Assembly: GCA_963843975.1 (NCBI GenBank)
Contig: CAWJMG010000001.1
Coordinates: forward strand, 60,001 to 92,000
Reading direction: 5' to 3'
Length of the DNA: 32,000 nucleotides
Origin: an uncultured Actinomycetes bacterium
Lineage (GTDB): Bacteria > Actinomycetota > Actinomycetes > S36-B12 > CAIYMF01
Shown here: piece by piece, positions 1 to 7,485 of the stretch
Layout: every line of letters begins with the position of its first letter
Position numbering within the stretch: position 1 is the first letter of the stretch
Position numbers and translations under genes: made by a program
Notes under the pieces: model-generated
Told to the model about the DNA's origin: nothing
The model's input: only the letters and a program-made list of their open reading frames with translations
Databases searched by the model: none

Positions 1-1532
1 GGGACGCGACGGGCGAAGCCGATCGTGAGCACGTCGGGCGACAGGACGTCGTCGATCCAGCCGAGCTCGGCGTCGGACGCACCGCGCTGGATCCACGAGG
101 CGCGCAGACGGGCACGGACATCGTCGACGAGGCGCGAGCGCAGGACGCGCTTGGTCGACCAGAGGTCGGCGGCCGGGATCTGGCCTGCGGCCTCCCAGCC
201 GCGGGTCTCCTCGGCGTCCTCGGGGCCCACGATCTTCGCAAGGAGGTCGCGCACCTCGCGCGCCACCCACGTGGAGGCGTGGACGCCGTTGGTGATCGAG
301 CCGATCGGCACCTCGTCCTCGTCGAAGCCCGGCCAGAGGCCGGAGAACATCCCGCGGCTCACCTCGCCGTGCAGCACCGAGACGCCGTTGGCACGCTGGC
401 CGAGGCGCAGGCCCATGACGGCCATGTTGAAGACCGTCGGGTCGCCGCCGTCGTAGTCCTCGGCGCCGATCGCGAGCACGCGCTCGACCGGGACTCCGGC
501 CGCCGCGTTGTCGCCGCCGAAGTACTGCTCGACCAGGACGCGCGGGAAGCGGTCGATGCCCGCGGGCACCGGGGTGTGCGTGGTGAAGACGGTGCCGGCG
601 CGGGCGGCCGACAGCGCCTCGTCGAACGTGAGGCCCTGCGCGGTGACGAGCTCACGGATGCGCTCGAGGCCGAGGAAGCCGGCGTGGCCCTCGTTGGTGT
701 GGAACACCTCGGGCTCGGGGGCGCCGGTGATGCGCGCGTAGGCACGCAGCGCGCGGACGCCGCCGACGCCGAGCAGCAGCTCCTGCTGCAGGCGGTGCTC
801 GCCACCGCCGCCGTACAGGCGGTCGGTGACCTCGCGCTCGGCGCGCTCGTTCTCCTCGACGTCGGAGTCGAGCATGAGCAGCGGGACGCGACCGACGTCG
901 GCCTTCCACACGTGCGCGTGGAGGGTGCGGCCGCCGGGGATGCCGATCTTGATGACGACGGGCGAGCCGTCGGCCTCGCGCAGCAGGGACAGGGGCAGGC
1001 CGTCCGGGTCGAGGACGGGGTACTGCTCCTGCTGCCAGCCGTCGAGCGACAGCGACTGGCGGAAGTAGCCGGCGCGGTAGAACAGGCCCACCCCGACGAT
1101 CGGCACGCCGAGGTCGGAGGCCGACTTCAGGTGGTCGCCGGCGAGGATGCCGAGGCCGCCGGAGTACTGCGGCAGCACCTCGGTGATGCCGAACTCGGGC
1201 GAGAAGTACGCGATCGCCTTCGGGGCGTCGGCGCCGAGGGACTGGTACCAGCGGTCGCCGGTCAGGTAGGTCTGGAGACCGTCGGCGACCCAGGTCACGT
1301 GCCCGACGAAGTCCTCGTCGGTGGCGAGCTCGGCCCAGCGGGCCGACGGGACCTCGCCGAGCAGGCGTACCGGGTCATGGCCGACCTCGTCCCAGAGGGT
1401 GGGGTCGATGCGGGCGAAGAGGTCCTGGGTCTCCGGGTTCCACGACCACCGCAGGTTGGCCGCGATGGCGGCCAGCGGCTCGAGGGACTCGGGCAGGACT
1501 GTGCGGACGGTGAACCGTCGGATTGCTCTCAC
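1..1532 (-). CDS. glgP: alpha-glucan (glycogen/maltodextrin) phosphorylase, N-terminal ~510 codons; 3' end lies beyond the left edge
   Basis: Absent from the ORF track because no stop lies in the window. My minus-strand translation from GTG 1532-1530 reads VRAIRRFTVRTVLPESLEPLAAIAANLRWSWNPET...FSPEFGITEVLPQYSGGLGILAGDHLKSASDLGVPIVGVGLFYRAGYFRQ...HTNEGHAGF...FTTHTPVPAGID...DVLTIGFARRV and stays open to position 3. GGAG lies 4-5 nt upstream of the GTG. The N-terminus matches my memory of mycobacterial GlgP (MKALRRFTVR). Confidence 0.9.
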   Translation of the reverse strand, partial: MRAIRRFTVRTVLPESLEPLAAIAANLRWSWNPETQDLFARIDPTLWDEVGHDPVRLLGEVPSARWAELATDEDFVGHVTWVADGLQTYLTGDRWYQSLGADAPKAIAYFSPEFGITEVLPQYSGGLGILAGDHLKSASDLGVPIVGVGLFYRAGYFRQSLSLDGWQQEQYPVLDPDGLPLSLLREADGSPVVIKIGIPGGRTLHAHVWKADVGRVPLLMLDSDVEENERAEREVTDRLYGGGGEHRLQQELLLGVGGVRALRAYARITGAPEPEVFHTNEGHAGFLGLERIRELVTAQGLTFDEALSAARAGTVFTTHTPVPAGIDRFPRVLVEQYFGGDNAAAGVPVERVLAIGAEDYDGGDPTVFNMAVMGLRLGQRANGVSVLHGEVSRGMFSGLWPGFDEDEVPIGSITNGVHASTWVAREVRDLLAKIVGPEDAEETRGWEAAGQIPAADLWSTKRVLRSRLVDDVRARLRASWIQRGASDAELGWIDDVLSPDVLTIGFARRV

Positions 1533-1544
1533 CCGCTCCACGAT

Positions 1545-1578
1545 AGGGCGGGTTTGTTACGCGGGGGGAACCCGCCCT
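1545..1578. promoter_or_regulatory. perfect 10-bp inverted repeat (AGGGCGGGTT N14 AACCCGCCCT) in the glgP/glgE divergent intergenic region
   Basis: Arms at 1545-1554 and 1569-1578 are exact reverse complements. The repeat sits 13 nt from the glgP GTG and 69 nt from the glgE ATG, inside an AT-enriched 114-bp spacer. Its function (operator or RNA hairpin) is inferred only. Confidence 0.35.
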
Positions 1579-1596
1579 GCCGTTACAAGGAGGTTC

Positions 1597-1635
1597 ATGA
1601 GGTTTACATCTCGTGACGTCGTGTTACGTCGCTAG
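1597..1635 (+). other. candidate 12-codon upstream ORF (MRFTSRDVVLRR) preceded by AAGGAGG, ending 11 nt before glgE
   Basis: AAGGAGG at 1587-1593, then ATG 1597 and TAG 1633-1635. Codons TTT, ACA, TCT and TTA are atypical for this genome. The glgE ATG at 1647 has no visible SD of its own. It may simply be AT-rich promoter DNA. Confidence 0.2.
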
Positions 1636-1646
1636 GCTCGTGCTCG

Positions 1647-3758
1647 ATGCCGCCTCGCCGTCGTACGTCGACCGGAGAACCCGAGCCGTCGACGTCTCCC
1701 GCCGCCCCTGTCAGCCCTCGCGCGTCCTCTGCGCGCCCGAAACCGGCCGCGAAGACGGCCAAGGCCTCCCCGGCGGCCACCGCGGTCGCCGAGCCGCTGC
1801 GTCCGGCCAGCACCGGCCGCTACCTCGTCGAGGACCTCTCCCCCGTGGTCGCGCACGGCACCCGGCCGGTCAAGGCCGTCGCCGGAGAGCGCCTGCGGGT
1901 CTCCGCCACCGTCTTCCGCGAGGGGCACGACGCCGTCGCCGCCACCGTGGTCGTGACAGCCGGTGACGGCAGCACCACCTCGGTGCCCATGCACCACGTG
2001 GGCGTCGACCGCTGGACGGCGGAGATCGTGACCGCGGTCGAGGGCCTCGGCCACTACGTCGTGCAGGCCTGGGGCGACCCGGTCGAGACCTGGCGGCACC
2101 GCGCCGAGGTGAAGATCCCCGCGGGCCTCGACGTCGAGCTCGAGCTCGAGGAGGGCGCGCTCGTCCTCGAGGCCGCGCTTGCCGGGCTCCCGCGCGGCAA
2201 GGTGCGCGACCCGCTCAAGGCAGCGATCCACGCGCTGCGCGACACCAAGCGCCCCGCGCCTGCCCGCCTCGCCGTCGCCCTCGACCCCACGGTCACCGCG
2301 CTGCTCGAGGCCTACCCGCTGCGCGAGCACGTCACCGACTCCATGCAGGTGCCGGTGCTCGTGGAGCGCGAGCGCGCGCTCTTCGGCTCCTGGTACGAGT
2401 TCTTCCCGCGGTCGGAGGGCGCCACCCTCGACCCGGTGAGGTCGGGCACGTTCCGCACGGCGGCCGAGCGGCTGCCCGCAGTGGCCGACATGGGCTTCGA
2501 CGTGCTCTACCTCCCGCCGATCCACCCGATCGGGTTCACCAACCGCAAGGGCCGCAACAACACCCTCGACCCGGGCCCGGACGACCCCGGCGTGCCGTGG
2601 GGCATCGGGTCGGCCGCCGGCGGGCACGACGCCATCCACCCCGACCTCGGCACGATGGACGACTTCCGCTTCTTCGTCGGCCGCGCCGCCGAGCTCGGCA
2701 TCGAGATCGCGCTCGACTTTGCGCTGCAGTGCTCGCCCGACCACCCGTGGGTCACCGAGCACCCCAACTGGTTCGCGCACCGCGCCGACGGCACGATCGC
2801 GTACGCCGAGAACCCGCCGAAGAAGTACCAGGACATCTACCCCGTCTACTTCGACGACGACTTCGACGGCATCCTCGCCGAGTGCGACCGCGTCCTGCGG
2901 CACTGGATGGCCGAGGGCGTGCGGATCTTCCGCGTCGACAACCCGCACACCAAGCCCGTGCACTTCTGGGAGCGGCTGTTCGGCAGCATCAACGCCACCG
3001 ATCCCGACGTCATCTTCCTGGCCGAGGCGTTCACCAAGCCGGCGATGATGAAGGTGCTCGGCGAGATCGGCTTCCAGCAGTCCTACACCTACTTCACGTG
3101 GCGCAACGAGAAGTGGGAGCTCGAGGAGTACTTCCGCGAGCTGTCGGGCCCGCTCGCCGCCTCGATGCGGCCGAACGCGTTCGTCAACACCCCGGACATC
3201 CTCCCGACCTTCCTGCAGTACGGCGGCCCGCCGTCGTTCGCGATCCGCGCGACGCTCGCGGCCACGCTGTCGCCCACGTGGGGCGTGTATGCCGGGTACG
3301 AGCTCTACGAGCACGTGCCCGTCGCGCCCGGGCGCGAGGAGTACATCGACTCGGAGAAGTACGAGTACAAGCCGCGCGACTGGGCCGCAGCCGACGACTC
3401 CGGCGTGACGCTGGCGCCGTACCTCGGCCAGCTCAACGGCATCCGTCGCTCGCACCCGTCGCTGCGCCGCCTGCGCAACCTGACCTTCCACGGGTGCGAC
3501 AACGACAAGCTGATCGTCTACAGCAAGCGCGAGGGCGACGACGTCGTGCTCGTGGTCTGCACCCTCGACCCCTACGGTGTGAGGGAGGGCGTTCTCCACC
3601 TCGACCTGCCGGCTCTCGGCCTCGGCTGGGGCGACCAGTTCGCCGCGCGCGACCTCATCAACGGCGCCACGTACGTGTGGGGCCAGAACCCGTACGTCCG
3701 CCTCGACCCCCACGTCCAGGTGGCCCACGTGATCCACGTCCGAGCCGGAGCTGTGTGA
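1647..3758 (+). CDS. glgE: alpha-1,4-glucan:maltose-1-phosphate maltosyltransferase (GH13_3)
   Basis: 703-aa ORF. Recognised blocks: [67 protein letters not shown] and [11 protein letters not shown] 1647 is the only in-frame start after the stop at 1614. The first ~57 residues are a P/A/S/T/K-rich extension. Confidence 0.95.
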   Translation: MPPRRRTSTGEPEPSTSPAAPVSPRASSARPKPAAKTAKASPAATAVAEPLRPASTGRYLVEDLSPVVAHGTRPVKAVAGERLRVSATVFREGHDAVAATVVVTAGDGSTTSVPMHHVGVDRWTAEIVTAVEGLGHYVVQAWGDPVETWRHRAEVKIPAGLDVELELEEGALVLEAALAGLPRGKVRDPLKAAIHALRDTKRPAPARLAVALDPTVTALLEAYPLREHVTDSMQVPVLVERERALFGSWYEFFPRSEGATLDPVRSGTFRTAAERLPAVADMGFDVLYLPPIHPIGFTNRKGRNNTLDPGPDDPGVPWGIGSAAGGHDAIHPDLGTMDDFRFFVGRAAELGIEIALDFALQCSPDHPWVTEHPNWFAHRADGTIAYAENPPKKYQDIYPVYFDDDFDGILAECDRVLRHWMAEGVRIFRVDNPHTKPVHFWERLFGSINATDPDVIFLAEAFTKPAMMKVLGEIGFQQSYTYFTWRNEKWELEEYFRELSGPLAASMRPNAFVNTPDILPTFLQYGGPPSFAIRATLAATLSPTWGVYAGYELYEHVPVAPGREEYIDSEKYEYKPRDWAAADDSGVTLAPYLGQLNGIRRSHPSLRRLRNLTFHGCDNDKLIVYSKREGDDVVLVVCTLDPYGVREGVLHLDLPALGLGWGDQFAARDLINGATYVWGQNPYVRLDPHVQVAHVIHVRAGAV

Positions 3759-3759
3759 C

Positions 3760-6012
3760 ATGTCCAAGTCCGACAAGCCCGATCTCAAGCCTGGCAAGGG
3801 CGAGAAGCCGGCGAAGGCCAAGAAGGCGAAGGGCCCCGCGATCGCACCGGTGGACGTGAACGACCTGCAGCGCGTGGTCGAGGGCCGCCACTTCGACCCG
3901 CACTCGGTCCTCGGGCCGCACCCGTCCGAGGGCGGCGTCACCATCCGCACGCTCCGCCCGTGGGCGACGTCGGTCGTGGCGCTCGTCGCGACCAAGGACG
4001 GCGAGAAGCGCTACGAGCTCACCCACGAGCACGGGGGCATCTTCGTCGGGCTGGTCGACGTCGCCGAGGTGCCCGACTACCGTCTCGAGGTCGCGTACGG
4101 CGGCGAGCCGGCGATCGTCGACGACCCCTACCGCTTCCTGCCGACGCTCGGCGAGCTCGACCTGCACCTGCTCGGCGAGGGCCGGCACGAGACGCTCTGG
4201 ACCGTGCTCGGCGCGCACGAGCACGTCTACGCCTCGCCGCTCGGCGACGTGCACGGCACGTCGTTCGCCGTCTGGGCGCCCAACGCCCAGGGCGTGCGCG
4301 TGGTCGGCGACCACAACCACTGGGACGGCACCGGCACCCCGATGCGCTCGCTCGGCTCGAGCGGCGTCTGGGAGGTCTTCGTCCCCGGCGTCGGCGGCGG
4401 CTCGCGCTACAAGTTCGCGATCCTCGGCCGCGACGGCGTGTGGCGCACCAAGGCCGACCCGCTCGCGCAGCACACCGAGCACCCGCCGGCGACGGCGTCG
4501 GTCGTGTTCACGTCGTCGTACGACTGGAAGGACGCCGACTGGCTCGAGGCCAGGGCGCAGGGCGACCCCACCAACTCGCCGATGGCGACGTACGAGGTGC
4601 ACCTCGGCTCGTGGCGCCCAGGCCTCACCTACACCCAGCTCGCCGACGAGCTCGTGGCGTACGTCGTCGAGCTCGGGTTCACCCACGTCGAGCTCATGCC
4701 GGTGATGGAGCACCCGTACGCGCCGAGCTGGGGCTACCAGGTCACGTCGTACTACGCGCCGACCTCGCGCTTCGGGTCGCCGGACGAGTTCCGCCACCTG
4801 GTCGACAGGCTCCACCAGGCCGGCATCGGCGTCATCCTCGACTGGGTGCCCGCGCACTTCCCGAAGGACGACTGGGCGCTCGCCCGCTTCGACGGCACGC
4901 CGCTCTACGAGCACGCCGATCCCCGTCGTGGCGAGCAGCCCGACTGGGGCACGTACGTCTTCGACTTCGGCCGCCGCGAGGTGCGCAACTTCCTCGTCTC
5001 CAACGCCAACTACTGGCTCGAGGAGTTCCACGTCGACGGCCTGCGCGTGGACGCCGTCGCGTCGATGCTCTACCTCGACTACTCGCGCAAGGCCGGCGAG
5101 TGGAGCCCGAACGTGTACGGCGGCCGCGAGAACCTCGAGGCGGTCTCGTTCCTGCAGGAGACCAACGCCACGGCGTACAAGCGCAACCCCGGCGTCGTCC
5201 TGATCGCCGAGGAGTCGACGGCGTGGCCCGGCGTCACGCGGCCCACGCACCTGGGCGGTCTCGGGTTCGGCCTGAAGTGGAACATGGGCTGGATGAACGA
5301 CACGCTCCAGTACGCCCACCGCCAGCCGGTCCACCGCCAGTGGCACCACCACGAGATGACGTTCTCGCTCGTCTACGCGTGGAGCGAGCAGTACGTGCTG
5401 CCCATCAGCCACGACGAGGTCGTGCACGGCAAGGGCTCGCTCATCTCCAAGATGCCGGGCGACCGCTGGCAGCAGCTCGCGGGCGTGCGCGCGTACCTCG
5501 CCTACATGTGGGCGCACCCCGGCAAGAACCTGCTGTTCATGGGCTCGGAGATCGGGCAGTACGCCGAGTGGAGCGAGTCGCGCGGCCTCGACTGGTGGCT
5601 GCTCGACAACGCCGACCACCGCGGCGTGCAGCAGTGCCTCGCCGACCTCAACCGCGTCTACAAGGAGACGCCGGCCCTGTGGTCGCAGGACAACATCTCG
5701 GCCGGCTTCGAGTGGATCGACGCCGACGACTCCGCAGGCAACACGTTCTCGTGGCTGCGCTGGGGCACCGACGGCTCGGCGCTCGCGTGCATCGTGAACT
5801 TCTCGGGCGGTCCGCACGAGGAGTACCGCGTCGGCCTGCCGCACGGCGGCACGTGGAACGAGGTCGTCAACACCGACGCCGAGATGTACGGCGGCTCCGG
5901 CGTCGGCAACCTCGGCGCGGTCGTCGCGGAGGAGGTGCCGTGGCACGGACGCCCGTTCTCGGCCCTCGTGCGCGTCCCCCCGCTCGGCGCCCTCTGGCTC
6001 CGCCCGGCGTAG
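3760..6012 (+). CDS. glgB: 1,4-alpha-glucan branching enzyme (GH13_9)
   Basis: 750-aa ORF whose ATG is 1 nt after the glgE TGA. Blocks seen: [78 protein letters not shown] and [11 protein letters not shown]. It looks collinear with my memory of mycobacterial GlgB. Confidence 0.97.
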   Translation: MSKSDKPDLKPGKGEKPAKAKKAKGPAIAPVDVNDLQRVVEGRHFDPHSVLGPHPSEGGVTIRTLRPWATSVVALVATKDGEKRYELTHEHGGIFVGLVDVAEVPDYRLEVAYGGEPAIVDDPYRFLPTLGELDLHLLGEGRHETLWTVLGAHEHVYASPLGDVHGTSFAVWAPNAQGVRVVGDHNHWDGTGTPMRSLGSSGVWEVFVPGVGGGSRYKFAILGRDGVWRTKADPLAQHTEHPPATASVVFTSSYDWKDADWLEARAQGDPTNSPMATYEVHLGSWRPGLTYTQLADELVAYVVELGFTHVELMPVMEHPYAPSWGYQVTSYYAPTSRFGSPDEFRHLVDRLHQAGIGVILDWVPAHFPKDDWALARFDGTPLYEHADPRRGEQPDWGTYVFDFGRREVRNFLVSNANYWLEEFHVDGLRVDAVASMLYLDYSRKAGEWSPNVYGGRENLEAVSFLQETNATAYKRNPGVVLIAEESTAWPGVTRPTHLGGLGFGLKWNMGWMNDTLQYAHRQPVHRQWHHHEMTFSLVYAWSEQYVLPISHDEVVHGKGSLISKMPGDRWQQLAGVRAYLAYMWAHPGKNLLFMGSEIGQYAEWSESRGLDWWLLDNADHRGVQQCLADLNRVYKETPALWSQDNISAGFEWIDADDSAGNTFSWLRWGTDGSALACIVNFSGGPHEEYRVGLPHGGTWNEVVNTDAEMYGGSGVGNLGAVVAEEVPWHGRPFSALVRVPPLGALWLRPA

Positions 6013-6019
6013 CCGCCCG

Positions 6020-6736
6020 CTACCTCGTGATCGTCAGGCTGTCGAGCATCGCGCGGACGGCGGCGCGTACGTCGTCCGGCGCGTGCTCGCCGAAGCACGC
6101 CTGCATGTCGATGCGCTGGCCCGGGTAGCCCTTGTCGAACATGAGGACATAGGCGTCCATCTCGGTCGAGGCCACGTGCGAGCAGCCTCGCGTCGCGGTG
6201 CCGGTCCACACCTTCGCCCGATGCCCGTTGATGCTCGTGACATCGCCTCGAAGGTGGGCCAGGGCTGGTCCACTCGTCCAGGGGAACTGCGTCTCGCTCC
6301 ACAGCACGATGACGCCATCGTCCGGCGTGACCCAGTCGGGCGGGAACCAGGTCTGGTCGAGGCAGGACTCACGAGGCTTGCCCGTCGAGCACGCGCCCGT
6401 GTACTCCGCCGTGCTGAAGAACCACAGCGGGAAGACGACCGTCGCCGGGATCCCGCGGTACTCGACCGGGAACCAGCTCGAGGGCGCCTCCACCGTCACG
6501 TCCTCGGAGATCGTGTGGGTCGTCGTGCCTGTGGCGGTCGCGGTGCCCCCTGTCGCGGCCGTGCCGGAACCGCCAGGCTCGGTCGAGGGAGTGCCAACGG
6601 TGGCCGACGAGGGCGCTCCTCCGGCGTCGGTCGCTCCGGCCTGCGTCGGCGATGTACCGGCCGGAGCACTGCAGGCGGCCAGCAGCAGCGCAGCACCCAG
6701 GGCAAGGCCCAGGGCAAGGCCCAGTGTCCGTCTCAT
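6020..6736 (-). CDS. lipoprotein of unknown function
   Basis: This is the C-terminal 238 codons of the 456-aa track ORF. ATG 6736 gives MRRTLGLALGLALGAALLLAAC with lipobox LAAC, followed by a T/G/A/S-rich linker and a globular domain. The upstream 218 codons of the track ORF are Arg/Pro/Gly shadow sequence. Confidence 0.8.
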   Translation of the reverse strand: MRRTLGLALGLALGAALLLAACSAPAGTSPTQAGATDAGGAPSSATVGTPSTEPGGSGTAATGGTATATGTTTHTISEDVTVEAPSSWFPVEYRGIPATVVFPLWFFSTAEYTGACSTGKPRESCLDQTWFPPDWVTPDDGVIVLWSETQFPWTSGPALAHLRGDVTSINGHRAKVWTGTATRGCSHVASTEMDAYVLMFDKGYPGQRIDMQACFGEHAPDDVRAAVRAMLDSLTITR

Positions 6737-6798
6737 GCGCACCCGCTCTCCTGCTGCTCGGACGCCATCGCCGCTCCGGCCGTTCCCCGATCCGAACG

Positions 6799-6838
6799 GG
6801 TAGTCGAGACGCACGCTCTGCAGCGCGAAACGACTACC
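6799..6838 (-). terminator. hairpin GGTAGTCG N24 CGACTACC just downstream of the 6847-7359 gene
   Basis: 8-bp exact arms at 6799-6806 and 6831-6838, 9 nt past the stop at 6847. No U-tract follows. The outer arms share GGTAGT/ACTACC with the two larger palindromes. Confidence 0.3.
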
Positions 6839-6846
6839 GCTGGCGG

Positions 6847-7359
6847 TCAGGTGACGATGATCTGGATCTCGGCCATCACGGCGTCGATGGTGGGGCCGGT
6901 GGGCCAGCGGGCCTGCAGGGTGGCGGGGCCGGGCGGAGTGCCGGCGGGGACCACGACGTCCCAGCGCACGTCGCCCGGGTCGCCCTCGGCGTCCTGCTCG
7001 CCGAGCAGCTGCTCGCCCGACGGCGTCACCATCACCAGCTGGAGCCCAGGGATGGGGTCGGACGGGTTTCCGCTCTGGCAGCCCGCGCAGCCGGGTTGGC
7101 ACGACTGCACGTCGTCGCAGCCGTCGAGGAAGTAGGTGCCGACCACCGCGACGCCGTCGCCCGCGCGCACCGGAAGGCCGGGCGGCGAGGGGGCGACCGT
7201 GGGCGTCGGCGTCGTCCCGGCGGCGCCCACCGACATCGTGGGGCCCGGGCACGAGGCACGGGCAGCGGGGACGAAGAGGCCGGTGACGAGGCACGTCACT
7301 AGCACGACGAACGCGAGCGACCCGGCCGTGCGACGACGTCGTGCGTTGCTCTCCCCCAT
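6847..7359 (-). CDS. secreted Cys-rich protein of unknown function
   Basis: Internal ATG 7359 of the 201-aa track ORF gives MGESNARRRRTAGSLAFVVLVTCLVTGLFVPAARASC, a basic n-region followed by a hydrophobic core. The mature part carries a Cys cluster, CDDVQSCQPGCAGCQSG. Confidence 0.7.
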   Translation of the reverse strand: MGESNARRRRTAGSLAFVVLVTCLVTGLFVPAARASCPGPTMSVGAAGTTPTPTVAPSPPGLPVRAGDGVAVVGTYFLDGCDDVQSCQPGCAGCQSGNPSDPIPGLQLVMVTPSGEQLLGEQDAEGDPGDVRWDVVVPAGTPPGPATLQARWPTGPTIDAVMAEIQIIVT

Positions 7360-7428
7360 GGCACGAGTGCAGCAGCCCGCCCGGACGCACGCCTGACGGG
7401 TGGCCGGATCGTGACCTGACAACGACCC

Positions 7429-7478
7429 GATGTGGTAGTGCTCAGGCGTCACCGGTGGCGCCTGAGCACTACCACATC
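7429..7478. repeat. 50-bp near-perfect palindrome, copy 1 of a dispersed element (GATGTGGTAGTGCTCAGGCG tcaccggtgg CGCCTGAGCACTACCACATC)
   Basis: The 20-bp arms are exact reverse complements and the loop is 10 nt. It lies 8 nt downstream of the helD-like stop (7486) and 70 nt upstream of the next gene start (7359). A related copy is at 27115-27166. Confidence 0.85.
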
Positions 7479-7485
7479 CGAGGGG

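Noticed and set aside
279-1616. 445-aa plus-strand ORF covering the left end
   Set aside because: Its composition is dominated by A/G/R/V/D/E runs (GAGGRQRLVEREALRGDEL...) with no recognisable motif. It is the antisense shadow of the strongly supported minus-strand glgP reading frame.
1632-6128. Long ORFs 1632-3995 (-), 3658-5946 (-), 2597-3859 (+) and 3960-6128 (+)
   Set aside because: They overlap glgE and glgB in antisense or alternative frames. Their sequences are Arg/Gly/Pro/Ala-rich and low in complexity. glgE and glgB carry unambiguous family motifs.
6696-6724. 12-bp tandem repeat CCCAGGGCAAGG x2.4
   Set aside because: It lies inside the lipoprotein signal peptide and simply encodes the LGLALGLALG hydrophobic core. 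It is not an independent element.
6737-7390. N-terminal 218 codons of the 456-aa ORF 6020-7390 (-)
   Set aside because: The upstream part is Arg/Pro/Gly shadow overlapping the 6847-7359 gene in another frame. A clean signal peptide with a lipobox begins at ATG 6736.
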